Of a DNA stretch of 64,000 nucleotides, positions 52,501 through 64,000 are shown piece after piece (the first letter of the stretch is position 1; each line of letters starts with the position of its first letter). The notes under the pieces were generated by a model. That model saw only the letters and a list, made by a program, of their open reading frames with translations, was not told the DNA's origin and did no database searches. A program made the translations under genes and the position numbers. Source of the stretch: Azolla caroliniana (Eukaryota; Plantae; Polypodiophyta); assembly GCA_043228905.1 (NCBI GenBank), contig JBHGNT010000011.1, forward strand, positions 7,440,001 to 7,504,000. Direction: 5' to 3'.

Positions 52501-53040
52501 TCATATGTGTATAAATATGACTTAGGGCAAACAGTTTTGTTGTTGCTACTTATTTTTCTGTTTTTCCACTCAAGAGGAGTGAAGGGAGAGAGAGCAGCCG
52601 TGAGAGAGATAGAGCGTGAGAAAGGAAGAGGTCGACGCCTCTGTGTAATCCTGCCGCCTGTGGCGAGGACAACGAGCTCAAGGTCGTCGCCTTGCAGCTC
52701 GCCGTTGTACATTTCTCTGTGCATAGTTTTGGTTTGGAGTCTTGTACTCCCGTGGTTTTTTCCCGTACAAGGTTTTCCACGTTAAATCGTGTGTCCACTC
52801 TATTTTTCGCATTTCCCCTTTTTTCTGCAACAACGATTCGTGCGTTCCCTTGGTTGTGGCCGAGAGGTGAAGTTTGGAAAGTGTGATTAATTTCCATCAA
52901 TTTGGTATCAGAGCGAGTTGCTGCAGAAAATGGAAGGCGGCGGCAGCGGGCAGCCGAGGATGATGGTGTTGAATGCGCAGAATTACGCCGACTGGAAGAT
53001 CAAGATGGAGGATCTTCTGATTGTTCGGGACCTGTACGAA
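46337..53040 (+). repeat. Tandem array, 7 x 957 bp (B pol end + PPT + 21 bp B LTR + 607-bp C LTR + PBS + C gag start)
   Basis: ORF track repeats every 957 bp; C LTRs start at 46551, 47508, 48465, 49422, 50379, 51336, 52293; junction microhomology ACGAA. Confidence 0.97.
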
Positions 53041-56000
53041 CCGATTGACAGGTCGGAAATACCGAAGGGAGTACTTGAGTCGGAATGGAGGCTTCTGAAC
53101 CGGAAAGCCGTTGCAACCATTCGGCAATACGTAGACGTGAGCGTTCTACAACATGTGGCGAACGACATCAACGCATATGAGATGTGGCGGAAGCTGTCGG
53201 GCCTCTACGAGAGGAAGAATGCGTTGAACCGGACCTCCCTGATGAGGAAGATAGTGAACCTCAAGTACCGGGACGGCGAGAGTATGGTGGAACACGTAAG
53301 CACGTTCATGGGATTCGTGAACCAGCTTGCGGCGATCAAGTTCCCGCTGGAGGATGCAATGCAAGCCATCATTCTGATGTGTACATTGCCGGAAAGCTTG
53401 GAGAACTTGGTGGTGACTCTCAGCACCTCCTGCACCGAAGATAACTTGTCCCTACAAACGGTAAAGACAAGTATTTTAAACGAAGAAGCGCGTCGGAGAG
53501 ATAAAGAACCGGCCTCCGACTCGAAGGCGCTGCTTACCGAATCGGAACGGGGAAGACAATGGAACCGGAGTCCGCAAAGACGGGAGAAGTCGGGGACCCG
53601 GTCGCAGTCAAGAGGAAGACCCACATGCTTCCACTGTGGGAAGCCGGGGCACTTCCAGAAGAATTGTCGGCATTACCGAAAGGACAACGGAGCCGACGAC
53701 ACCGATTCGAAGAGGTCACCGGAGAGAAACGGTGCATACCGGGGAGCCACGGACCGGAGAGGTCCGGATCGGCGAGGGCAGGACCGGAAAGGAACGACGG
53801 CACTCGCGGCAAGTGAGGAAGAAATCATGCTCATCACCGAAGAAGGTGAACTAAACATTGCCGGCGATGAGACGACCTGGGTGGTCGATTCCGGAGCATC
53901 GTTCCACCTGACCCCGGAGAGAAGATACTTCTCATCCTACACATCCGGTGAGCATGGCTGTGTTCGGATGGGAAATGAAGGTACGTGCCGGATTGCCGGC
54001 ATAGGAGACGTGTGGTTGACAACCCCGACCGGATGCAAAATGCTGTTGAAGGATGTCCGACACGTTCCGGAGGTTCGATTGAACCTGATTTCGGCCGGGA
54101 GGCTAGACGATGAAGGCTACACAGGCAGCATCCGGAACAGCGTAATGAAGTTCAGCAAGGGGAGCCTGATAGTGGCTCGGGCCCGGAAAGTCAACACACT
54201 GTACCTGATGAATGCCCGGTTATGTCCGGAAGAGCTGAATGTGGCAGCCTACACTACCGGTGAGCTGTGGCACAAAAGACTGTGCCACATGAGTGAGAAG
54301 GGGATGAAGAGGCTTGCAGAAGACAACCTTATTCCAGTGAAGCATGTGCACCTGGAGAAGTGCACCGACTGCCTGGCCGGTAAGCAGAACCGAACCTCCT
54401 TCCACTCAAGGCCACCGACGAGACGTAGCGCACCATTGGAGTTGGTGCACACTGATGTGTGTCAGGTAGAAACCAAGTCACATGGCGGAGCCCAATACTT
54501 CGTAACATTCATAGATGATCATAGCCGAAAACTGTGGACGGCACCGCTGAAGACAAAGGACCAAGTGTTGTGCGTCTTCAAAGAACTCCACGCGAGAGTG
54601 GAAAGGGAATCCGGCAAGAAGCTGAAAGCGATACGAGCGGATAACGGAGGGGAATACCGGGGGCAGTTCGCGGAGTACTGTCGCTCGAAGGGAATCCGGC
54701 TCGAGTTTACTGTGCCGAAGACGCCGGAACTGAACGGGCTGGCCGAGAGGATGAACCGGACCATAATGGAGAGGGTCTGGAGTATGCTGGCGCATGCGAA
54801 ATTACCCAAGGGGTTTTGGGCTGAGGCGATGTCGACGGCGACATACGTGATAAACAGATCACCCTCAGTACCTTTGGACGGAGACACGCCGCAGAGAGTG
54901 TGGACCGGTAGGGAAGTATCCTACCGGCATCTGAAGGTGTTCGGGTGTCTCGCATATGTGCATGTGGCTAAGGACCGGAGAGGAAAGCTAGATCCAAAGA
55001 CCCGGCCATGCATATTCCTCGGTTACGGCGATGACGAGTTCGGCTACCGAGTATGGGACCCGGTCGACAAGAAGATATTCCGGAGTCGTGATATCATCTT
55101 CATGGAGAACAAGACACTCGCCGACTGGGAGTCAGAGAAGAAGATGAAGAGCTCCAAGTCGACCGGTGAGGATAAACTCTACGAGGAGCAGTCTCGACCG
55201 GCAAGGGACCGGTTAACACTCGAAGATCCGGCCGAAGACAGTGAAGAAACAGAACCGGCCGAAGAAGATGAAAATGACACCGGAACCGGCCCCGATCCCG
55301 AAATGGATTCGGATGAAGAAGAATCGGAAGAACCGGTTACCGAAGCTCCGGAACGGAGATATCCTCTAAGAGAGAGAAGGGCTCCCCGGAGATTTCCGGA
55401 ACCAGAGCACGTGCTGCTAACCGACGAGGGGGAGCCGGAGAGCTTTGAAGAAGCGAAGCATGACACCCATAGCCGCAGGTGGTTAAGTGCCATGCAGGAG
55501 GAGATGGATTCCCTGCATGAGAACCACACATATGAACTTGTGGAGCTGCCGAAAGGAAAACGGGCACTCCGTAACAAGTGGGTGTTCAAGCTGAAACCGG
55601 GAGATGCCGGAAACCCTCCGAGATACAAAGCCAGGATCGTGGTGAAGGGGTTTCAGCAGAAGAAGGGCGTCGACTTCGACGAGATATTTGCCCCGGTAGT
55701 GAAGATGACCTCCATCCGGACGGTGCTGAGCATAGCGGCAAGCATGGACCTCGAGGTAGAACAGATGGACGTGAAGACGGCATTCCTTCACGGTGACCTC
55801 GAAGAAGAGATCTACATGCAGCAACCGGAAGGATTCGAGAAGAAAGGGAAGGAGCACCTGGTATGCCGGTTGAAGAAGAGCCTTTACGGTCTGAAGCAGG
55901 CTCCCCAGCAATGGTACCGGAAGTTCGACTCCTTCATGACAGATGAAGGGTACCACAAAACGCAGTCCGATCACTGCGTGTTTGTGAAGAAGTTCGAAGG

Positions 56001-56157
56001 AGGAGACTTTCTAATACTCCTCCTGTACGTGGACGACATGTTGATCGTCGGACGGGACCAGGTCAAGATACGGATGCTGAAGAAGGCTCTGTTGGGATTT
56101 CGGTCCCTCCGGATGGGATGTCCGGAGATGAATGACGGCAAGCCCGGTTGCGGTTAC

Positions 56158-56285
56158 GGAGCCGGATGATGAAGACCCCGGCTACGGAGCCGGATGATGA
56201 AGACCCCGGTTACGGAGCCGGATGATGAAGACCCCGGCTACGGAGCCGGATGATGAAGACCCCGGTTACGGAGCCGGATGATGAA
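56158..56285 (+). repeat. 28-bp tandem repeat in the D LTR U3 (4+ copies; also in the 3' LTR)
   Basis: GGAGCCGGATGATGAAGACCCCGG(C/T)TAC. Confidence 0.9.
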
Positions 56286-56810
56286 TGTACCCGGAGAGAG
56301 ATCCGGATGCGGAGACATATTTGTGAATATGTTTGCCAAGAGCCCTTGAGGCTATATTTGTAAATAGCCCGAAAGTCATATGTGTATAAATATGACTTAG
56401 GGCAAACAGTTTTACAGTTGCTTCTTATTTTTTCTGTTTTCCCACTCAAGAGGAGTGAAGTGTGAGCAGCCGTGAGAGAGAGAGAGAGAGATAGAGCGCG
56501 AGCGACGAAGAGGTAGACGCCTCTGTGTATTTCCGCCGCCTGTGGCGAGGACAGCGAGCTCAAGGTCGTCGCCTTGTAGCTCGCCATTGTATACTTCTCT
56601 GTATAGTGTTGATTTGGAGTCTTATACTCCCGTGGTTTTTCCCGTCTAGGGTTTTCCACGTTAATCCCTGTGTACCCGCGCTTTGTTTCTCTTTGTGGTT
56701 CCTATTTTCTGCTCCATCGATTCGCGCTTACTCGGTTGTGGCCGAGTGGTGGAGGTGAATAGAAGCGTCTATTCTCAACAAACTGGTATCAGAGCGAACT
56801 GCTGCAGAAA

Positions 56811-59800
56811 ATGGAAGGCGGCGGCAGCGGGCAGCCGGGGATGATGGTGCTGAATGCACAGAATTACGCCGACTGGAAGATCAAGATGGAGGATCTTCTG
56901 ATTGTTCGGGACCTGTACGAACCGATTGACAGGTCGGAAATACCGAAGGGGGTACTTGAGTCGGAGTGGAAGCTCCTGAACCGGAAAGCCGTAGCGACGA
57001 TCCGACAATATGTCGATGTAAGCGTCCTACAACATGTGGCGAACGACACCAACGCATATGAGATGTGGAAGAAGCTGTCGGGCCTCTACGAGAGGAAGAA
57101 TGCGCTGAACCGGACCTCCCTGATGAGGAAGATTGTGAATCTCAAGTACCGGGACGGCGAGAGTATGGTGGAACACGTAAGCACGTTCATGGGATTCGTG
57201 AACCAGCTTGCGGCGATCAAGTTCCCACTGGAGGATGCAATGCAAGCCATCATTCTGATGTGTACATTGCCGGAAAGCTGGGAAAACTTGGTGGTAACTC
57301 TCAGCACCTCCTGCACCGAAGATAACTTGTCCCTACAAACGGTAAAGAAAAGTATTTTGAACGAAGAAGCGCGTCGGAGAGATAAGGAACCGGCCTCCGA
57401 CCCGAAGATGCTGTTTACCGAATCGGATCGGGGAAGACAATGGAACCGGAGTCCGCAAAGACGGGAGAAGTCGGGGACCCGGTCGCAGTCAAGAGGAAGG
57501 CCCACATGCTTCCACTGTGGGAAGCCGGGGCACTTCCGAAAGAATTGTCGGCATTACCGAAAAGACAATGGAACCGACAACACCGATTCGAAGAAGTCAC
57601 CGGAGAGAAACGGTGCATACCGGGGAGCCACGGACCGGAATGGTTCGGACAGGCGAGGACAGGACCGGAAAGGAACAACGGCACTCGCGGCAAGTGAAGA
57701 GGAGATCATGCTCATCACCGAAGAAGGTGAACTAAACATTGCCGGCGATGAGACGACCTGGGTGGTCGATTCCGGAGCATCGTTCCACCTGACCCCGGAG
57801 AGAAGATACTTCTCATCCTACACAGCCGGCGAGCATGGCTGTGTTCGGATGGGAAACGAAGGTACGTGCCGGATTGCCGGCATAGGAGACGTGTGGTTGA
57901 CAACCCCGACCGGATGCAAAATGCTGCTGAAGAATGTCCGACACGTTCCGGAGGTCCGACTGAACCTGATTTCGGCCGGGAGGCTAGATGATGAAGGCTA
58001 CACGGGTAGCATCCGGAACGGTGCCATGAAGTTCAGCAAGGGGAGCTTGATAGTGGCTCGGGCCCGGAAGGTCAACACACTGTACCTGATGAATGCCTGG
58101 TTATGTCCGGAAGAGCTGAATGTGGCAGCCGACACTGCCGGTGAGCTGTGGCACAAAAGACTGTGCCACATGAGTGAGAAGGGGATGAAGAGGCTTGCAG
58201 AAGACAACCTTATTCCAGTGAAGCATGTGCACCTGGAGAAGTGCACCGATTGCCTGGCCGGTAAGCAGAACCGAACCTCCTTCCACTCAAGGCCACCGAC
58301 GAGACGTAGCGCACCATTGGAGTTGGTGCACACTGATGTGTGTCAGGTAGAAACGAAGTCACATGGCGGAGCCCAGTACTTCGTAACATTCATTGATGAT
58401 CACAGCCGGAAGCTGTGGACGTCACCGTTGAAGACAAAGGACCAAGTATTGTCCGTCTTCAAAGAACTCCACGCGAGAGTGGAAAGGGAATCCGGCAAGA
58501 AGCTGAAAGCGATACGAGCGGATAACGGAGGGGAATACCGGGGGCAGTTCGCGGAGTACTGTCGCTCGAAGGGAATCCGGCTCGAGTTTACTGTGCCGAA
58601 GACGCCGGAACTGAACGGGCTGGCCGAGAGGATGAACCGGACCATAATGGAGAGGGTCCGGAGTATGCTGGCACATGCGAAATTACCCAAGGGATTTTGG
58701 GCTGAGGCAATGTCGACGGCGACATATGTGATAAACAGATCACCCTCAGTACCTTTGGACGGAGACACGCCGCAGAGAGTGTGGACCGGTAGGGAAGTAT
58801 CCTACCGGCATCTGAAGGTGTTCGGGTGTCTCGCATACGTGCATGTGGCAAAGGACCGGAGAGGAAAGCTAGATCCAAAGACCCGGCCATGCATATTCCT
58901 CGGTTACGGCGACGACGAGTTTGGCTACCGAGTATGGGACCCGGTCGACAAGAAGATATTCAGGAGTCGAGACATCATCTTCATGGAGGACAAGACACTC
59001 GCCGACTGGGAGTCGGAGAAGAAGATGAAGAGCTCCAAGTCGACCGGTGAGGATCAACTCTACGAGGAGCAGTCCCGACCGGCAAGGGACCGGTTAGCAC
59101 TCGAGGATCCGGCCGAAGACGGTGAAGAAACAGAACCGGCCGAAGAAGATGAAAATGATACCGGAACCGGCCCCGATCCCGAAATGGATTCGGATGAAGA
59201 AGAAGAATCGGAAGAACCGGTTACCGAAGCTCCGGAACGGAGATATCCTCTAAGAGAGAGAAGGGCCCCCCGGAGATTTCCGGAACCAGAGCACGTGCTG
59301 CTAACCGACGAGGGGGAGCCGGACAGCTTTGAAGAAGCAAAGCATGACACCCAGAGCCGCAGGTGGTTGAGTGCCATGCAGGACGAGATGGATTCCCTGC
59401 ATGAGAACCACACATATGAACTTGTGGAGTTGCCGAAAGGAAAACGGGCACTCCGTAACAAGTGGGTGTTCAAGCTGAAACCGGGAGATGCCGGAAACCC
59501 CCCGAGATACAAAGCCAGGATCGTGGTGAAGGGGTTTCAGCAGAAGAAGGGCGTCGACTTCGACGAGATATTTGCCCCGGTAGTGAAGATGACCTCCATC
59601 CGGACGGTGCTGAGCATAGCGGCAAGTATGGACCTCGAGGTAGAACAGATGGACGTGAAGACGGCATTCCTTCACGGTGACCTCGAAGAAGAGATCTACA
59701 TGCAGCAACCGGAAGGATTCGAGAAGAAAGGGAAGGAGCACCTGGTATGCCGGTTGAAGAAGAGCCTTTACGGACTGAAGCAGGCTCCCCGGCAATGGTA

Positions 59801-60887
59801 CCGGAAGTTCGACTCCTTCATGACCGACGAAGGGTACCACAAAACGCAGTCTGATCACTGCGTGTTTGTGAAGAAGTTCGAAGGAGGAGACTCTCTAATA
59901 CTCCTCCTGTACGTGGACGACATGTTGATCGTCGGACGGGACCAGGTCAAGATACGGATGCTGAAGAAGGCACTTCACCGAACCTTCTCAATGAAGGACC
60001 TGGGTCCGGCGAGGCAAATACTAGGGATGCACATCATCCGGGACCGGAAGAAGAAGCAGTTGTGGCTGTCACAGGAGAAGTACGTGACGAAGATGCTTCA
60101 CCGGTTCAACATGTCGGAAGCAAGACCGGTCGGGTCAACCCTACCGGCAAACTGCAGGTTGTCCAGCAAGCAAAGCCCCAAGACAAAGGCTGAGAAGGAG
60201 GACATGATGAAAGTACCATATGCCTCTGCCGTCGGAAGCTTGATGTACGCAATGGTGTGTACAAGACCGGACATAGGATATGCAGTTGGAGTGGTGAGCC
60301 GGTACATGAGCAATCCCGGCAAAGAGCACTGGAAGGCGGTCAAGTGGATACTCCGATACCTGAAGGGCACGGCAAACGTGTGCCTCCGATTCGGCTCCGG
60401 TAAACCCGAATTCGACGGCTTTACCGATTCGGATATGTCGGCTGATGCAGATACCAGCCGGTCCACATCAGGGTATGTGATGACGTATGCAGGTGGAGCT
60501 GTTTCGTGGCAGTCGAGGCTGCAGAAGACGGTTGCGTTGTCAACCACGGAGGCGGAGTACATGGCGGCTGTTGAAGCCGGCAAGGAAATAATATGGATGA
60601 AGGACTTCATTAGAGAGCTCGGTATCCAGCAGGAGGAGTACCGACTCTACTGCGACAGTCAGAGTGCCATCCACCTTGCGAAGAACGCGGCCTACCATTC
60701 CCGGACGAAACACATCCAGCGTAGATACCACTGGATCCGGGAGAGGATAGAAGACGAGGAGTTCGTGCTGACGAAGATCCACACGGACGAGAACGGGTCG
60801 GATATGCTGACCAAGGTGCTCACACCCGACAAGCTGGAAGCATGCCGGAAGAGGATCGGGTTGGAGAGACATCCCATGCCGAAGTGA
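56811..60887 (+). CDS. Copia D gag-pol polyprotein, 1358 aa
   Basis: CFHCGKPGH, WVVDSGAS, WHKRLCH, DNGGE, LLYVDD, FTDSD, TKHI in a single ORF. Confidence 0.97.
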   Translation: MEGGGSGQPGMMVLNAQNYADWKIKMEDLLIVRDLYEPIDRSEIPKGVLESEWKLLNRKAVATIRQYVDVSVLQHVANDTNAYEMWKKLSGLYERKNALNRTSLMRKIVNLKYRDGESMVEHVSTFMGFVNQLAAIKFPLEDAMQAIILMCTLPESWENLVVTLSTSCTEDNLSLQTVKKSILNEEARRRDKEPASDPKMLFTESDRGRQWNRSPQRREKSGTRSQSRGRPTCFHCGKPGHFRKNCRHYRKDNGTDNTDSKKSPERNGAYRGATDRNGSDRRGQDRKGTTALAASEEEIMLITEEGELNIAGDETTWVVDSGASFHLTPERRYFSSYTAGEHGCVRMGNEGTCRIAGIGDVWLTTPTGCKMLLKNVRHVPEVRLNLISAGRLDDEGYTGSIRNGAMKFSKGSLIVARARKVNTLYLMNAWLCPEELNVAADTAGELWHKRLCHMSEKGMKRLAEDNLIPVKHVHLEKCTDCLAGKQNRTSFHSRPPTRRSAPLELVHTDVCQVETKSHGGAQYFVTFIDDHSRKLWTSPLKTKDQVLSVFKELHARVERESGKKLKAIRADNGGEYRGQFAEYCRSKGIRLEFTVPKTPELNGLAERMNRTIMERVRSMLAHAKLPKGFWAEAMSTATYVINRSPSVPLDGDTPQRVWTGREVSYRHLKVFGCLAYVHVAKDRRGKLDPKTRPCIFLGYGDDEFGYRVWDPVDKKIFRSRDIIFMEDKTLADWESEKKMKSSKSTGEDQLYEEQSRPARDRLALEDPAEDGEETEPAEEDENDTGTGPDPEMDSDEEEESEEPVTEAPERRYPLRERRAPRRFPEPEHVLLTDEGEPDSFEEAKHDTQSRRWLSAMQDEMDSLHENHTYELVELPKGKRALRNKWVFKLKPGDAGNPPRYKARIVVKGFQQKKGVDFDEIFAPVVKMTSIRTVLSIAASMDLEVEQMDVKTAFLHGDLEEEIYMQQPEGFEKKGKEHLVCRLKKSLYGLKQAPRQWYRKFDSFMTDEGYHKTQSDHCVFVKKFEGGDSLILLLYVDDMLIVGRDQVKIRMLKKALHRTFSMKDLGPARQILGMHIIRDRKKKQLWLSQEKYVTKMLHRFNMSEARPVGSTLPANCRLSSKQSPKTKAEKEDMMKVPYASAVGSLMYAMVCTRPDIGYAVGVVSRYMSNPGKEHWKAVKWILRYLKGTANVCLRFGSGKPEFDGFTDSDMSADADTSRSTSGYVMTYAGGAVSWQSRLQKTVALSTTEAEYMAAVEAGKEIIWMKDFIRELGIQQEEYRLYCDSQSAIHLAKNAAYHSRTKHIQRRYHWIRERIEDEEFVLTKIHTDENGSDMLTKVLTPDKLEACRKRIGLERHPMPK

Positions 60888-63152
60888 AGGGGGAGTTTGT
60901 TGGGATTTCGGTCCCTCCGGATGGGATGTCCGGAGATGAATGACGGCAAGCCCGGTTGCGGTTACGGAGCCGGATGATGAAGACCCCGGCTACGGAGCCG
61001 GATGATGAAGACCCCGGTTACGGAGCCGGATGATGAAGACCCCGGCTACGGAGCCGGATGATGAAGACCCTGGTTACGGAGCCGGATGATGAATGTACCC
61101 GGAGAGAGATCCGGATGCGGAGACATATTTGTGAATATGTTTGCCAAGAGCCCTTGAGGCTATATTTGTAAATAGCCCGAAAGTCATATGTGTATAAATA
61201 TGACTTAGGGCAAACAGTTTTACAGTTGCTTCTTATTTTTTCTGTTTTCCCACTCAAGAGGAGTGAAGTGTGAGCAGCCGTGAGAGAGAGAGAGAGAGAT
61301 AGAGCGCGAGCGACGAAGAGGTAGACGCCTCTGTGTATTTCCGCCGCCTGTGGCGAGGACAGCGAGCTCAAGGTCGTCGCCTTGTAGCTCGCCATTGTAT
61401 ACTTCTCTGTATAGTGTTGATTTGGAGTCTTATACTCCCGTGGTTTTTCCCGTCTAGGGTTTTCCACGTTAATCCCTGTGTACCCGCGCTTTGTTTCTCT
61501 TTGTGGTTCCTATTTTCTGCTCCATCGATTCGCGCTTACTCGGTTGTGGCCGAGTGGTGGAGGTGAATAGAAGCGTCTATTCTCAACAGGCTCTTCACCG
61601 AACCTTCTCAATGAAGGACCTGGGTCCGGCGAGGCAAATACTAGGGATGCACATCATCCGGGACCGGAAGAAGAAGCAGTTGTGGCTGTCACAGGAGAAG
61701 TACGTGACAAAGGTGCTTCATCGGTTCAACATGTCGGAAGCAAGACCGGTCGGATCAACACTCCCGACAAACTGCAAGCTGTCTAGCAAGCAAAGCCCCA
61801 AGACAAAGGCTGAGAAGGAGGACATGATGAAAGTACCATATGCCTCTGCCATCGGGAGCTTGATGTACGCAATGGTGTGTACCCGACCGGACATAGGATA
61901 TGCAGTCGGAGTGGTGAGCCGGTACATGAGCAATCCCAGCAAAGAGCATTGGAACGCGGCCAAGTGGATACTCCGATACCTGAAGGGCACAGCAAACGTG
62001 TGCCTCCGTTTCGGCTCCGGTAAACCCGAACTGGACGGCTTCACCGATTCGGATATGTCGGCTGATGCAGATACCAGCCGGTCCACATCAGGGTATGTGA
62101 TGACGTATGCAGGGGGAGCTGTTTCATGGCAGTCGAGGCTGCAGAAGACGGTTGCGTTGTCAACCACGGAGGCGGAGTACATGGTGGCTGTTGAAGCCAG
62201 CAAGGAAATAATATGGATGAAGGACTTCATTAGAGAGCTCGGTATCCGGCAAGAGGAGTACCGACTCTACTGCGACAGTCAGAGTGCAATCCACCTTGCG
62301 AAGAACGCGGCCTATCACACACGGACGAAGCACATCCAGCGAAGATATCACTGGATCCGGGAAAGGATAGAAGACAAGGAGTTCGTGCTGACGAAGATCC
62401 ACACGGACGAGAACGGGTCGGATATGCTGACCAAGGTGCTCACACCCGACAAGCTGGAAGCATGCCGGAAGAGGATCGGATTGGAGAGACATCCCATGCC
62501 GAAGTGAAGGGGGAGTTTGTTGGGATTACGGTCCCTTCGGATGGGATGGTCGGATGTCGGAGATGAATGCCGACAAGCCCGGTTTCGGTTCGGAACCGGA
62601 TGATGAAGACCCCGATTTCGGAGCCGGATGACGAATGTACCCGGAGAGAGATCCGGATGCGGGGACATATCTGTGAATATGTTTGCCAAGGGCCTTTAAG
62701 GCTATAGTTGTAAATAGCCCTAAAGTCATATGTGTATAAATATGACTTAGGGCAAACAGTTTTGTTGTTGCTACTTATTTTTCTGTTTTTCCACTCAAGA
62801 GGAGTGAAGGGAGAGAGAGCAGCCGTGAGAGAGATAGAGCGTGAGAAAGGAAGAGGTCGACGCCTCTGTGTAATCCCGCCGCCTGTGGCGAGGACAGCGA
62901 GCTCAAGGTCGTCGCCTTGCAGCTCGCCGTTGTACATTTCTCTGTGCATAGTTTTGGTTTGGAGTCTTGTACTCCCGTGGGTTTTTCCCGTACAGGGTTT
63001 TCCACGTTAAATCGTGTGTCCACTCTATTTTTCGCATTTCCCCTTTTTTCTGCAACAACGATTCGTGCGTTCCCTTGGTTGTGGCCAAGAGGTGAAGTTT
63101 GGAAAGTGTGATTAATTTCCATCACCTCCAGATGGGAAGGGAGAAGAACAAT

Positions 63153-64000
63153 TCTTCCTCCATAGCGGCGCGCCAATTTGCGTCCTTGGCCGCTTCTACG
63201 TAGCTCTCCGGCTCACGCACTTCCGCAACCTTAGTCATGTACGCATAGTGATGCGCCATGTACTCATTGTACCCATACCGCTTGACGGGATTCTTCTAGC
63301 GGGTGGAACGACGTAACTCACCGTGACCCGGTTTGAGGCCCTTCTTGGCCGGTTCGGTCTTCGTTGCCGAAGATCCGCCATTCTCCTTGTCGGAGTTGGA
63401 TATACACCAATCCGACTCATCGTTGCCAGTTTCGAATTCCGGCATCTTCTTCTTCCCCTTCTCTTTGGGCGTGAACCGTCTCCTCGGTTCCTTGCGCAGG
63501 GAGTGCACGACAGAGTCTCCACTACTCGCCGGTTCCTCATCGGACTGGTCAGATTGACTCAGCCTCTCGTTCAGTCCACTCAACCGGAACGATTCCGGAC
63601 TCTCATCCCGAGTCCACGCTTCATCATCTTCTACCTGGGCCGGTTCAGGCTCACTAGCCTCATCCTCCGGCATCGGGTCAGATTTGGAAGCCGGAATCAG
63701 TAAGGAGTACCATGATGCCGATTCATCAAACTCGACATCTTGACTAACTCGGACCTACCTTGTCCAGGGGTTATAACACTTATAGCCGACTAGGAGGCAT
63801 TTTTCCGATTTTGCATCCAGCTTCCTCCGCTTCTCATCCAGTACATGCACATATGCAATGCTACCGAGGATCTTGAGGTGTCTCAAATTCGGCTTCCGCC
63901 CAAAATACAGCTCGTGAGCTGACAGCTTGTCACCGATCTAGTTCTGGATGTAGACAATCATTCAGACTACCTTCGCCTAGTAGAATTTGGGCATGCTCTT
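63153..64000 (-). pseudogene. Copia A-family internal fragment (INT C-terminus to RT start), probably element A3
   Basis: Homologous to about 35095-35960 (GYNEYMAHHYAYM, KIL/GSIAYVHV, KLDAK); contains stops. Confidence 0.85.

Larger units (their letters stand above)
56090..61588 (+). mobile_element. Copia D, intact and very recent; TSD GGCTC
   Basis: 691-bp LTRs 56090-56780 and 60898-61588 (1 difference seen), PBS 56784-56795, PPT, TSD at 56085-56089 and 61589-61593. Confidence 0.98.
52930..62507 (+). pseudogene. Copia C gag-pol, open (1357 aa) except for insertion of D: 52930-56089 + 61594-62507
   Basis: The two segments join in frame (KKAL|HRTFSMKDLG) after removing D and one TSD. Confidence 0.92.
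46551..63124 (+). mobile_element. Copia C inserted in the 3' LTR of Copia B; TSD CCTCC; contains the array and element D
   Basis: 607-bp LTRs (52293-52899 vs 62518-63124, about 6 differences), CCTCC at 46546-46550 and 63125-63129. Confidence 0.95.

Noticed and set aside
46337-53040. CRISPR-like array or tandem gene cluster suggested by repeated ORFs
   Set aside because: Units are near-identical with no unique spacers; the ORFs are antisense or LTR read-throughs plus a pol tail fragment

Overview
Eukaryotic, almost certainly land-plant (the lineages look non-seed-plant-like, which is an inference), heterochromatic window made almost entirely of nested retroelements. It holds three LINE remnants, three Gypsy elements (two related Athila/non-chromovirus-like, one with a fungal-like RT) and at least eight Copia elements or fragments, two of them intact (23524-29034 and 56090-61588). 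Target-site duplications let the nesting be reconstructed. Three things stand out. (1) A Gypsy family has no polypurine tract; a tRNA-3'-end-identical sequence sits in its place and is conserved in a second LTR family, suggesting tRNA-primed plus-strand synthesis. (2) An intron-containing ParB-like + beta-class N4/N6 DNA methyltransferase pseudogene is split by a Copia insertion and only visible after reassembly. (3) A 7 x 957 bp chimeric LTR-PBS-PPT tandem array with an alternating dimer SNP pattern looks like a TRIM or satellite being born. All alignments and counts were done by eye.
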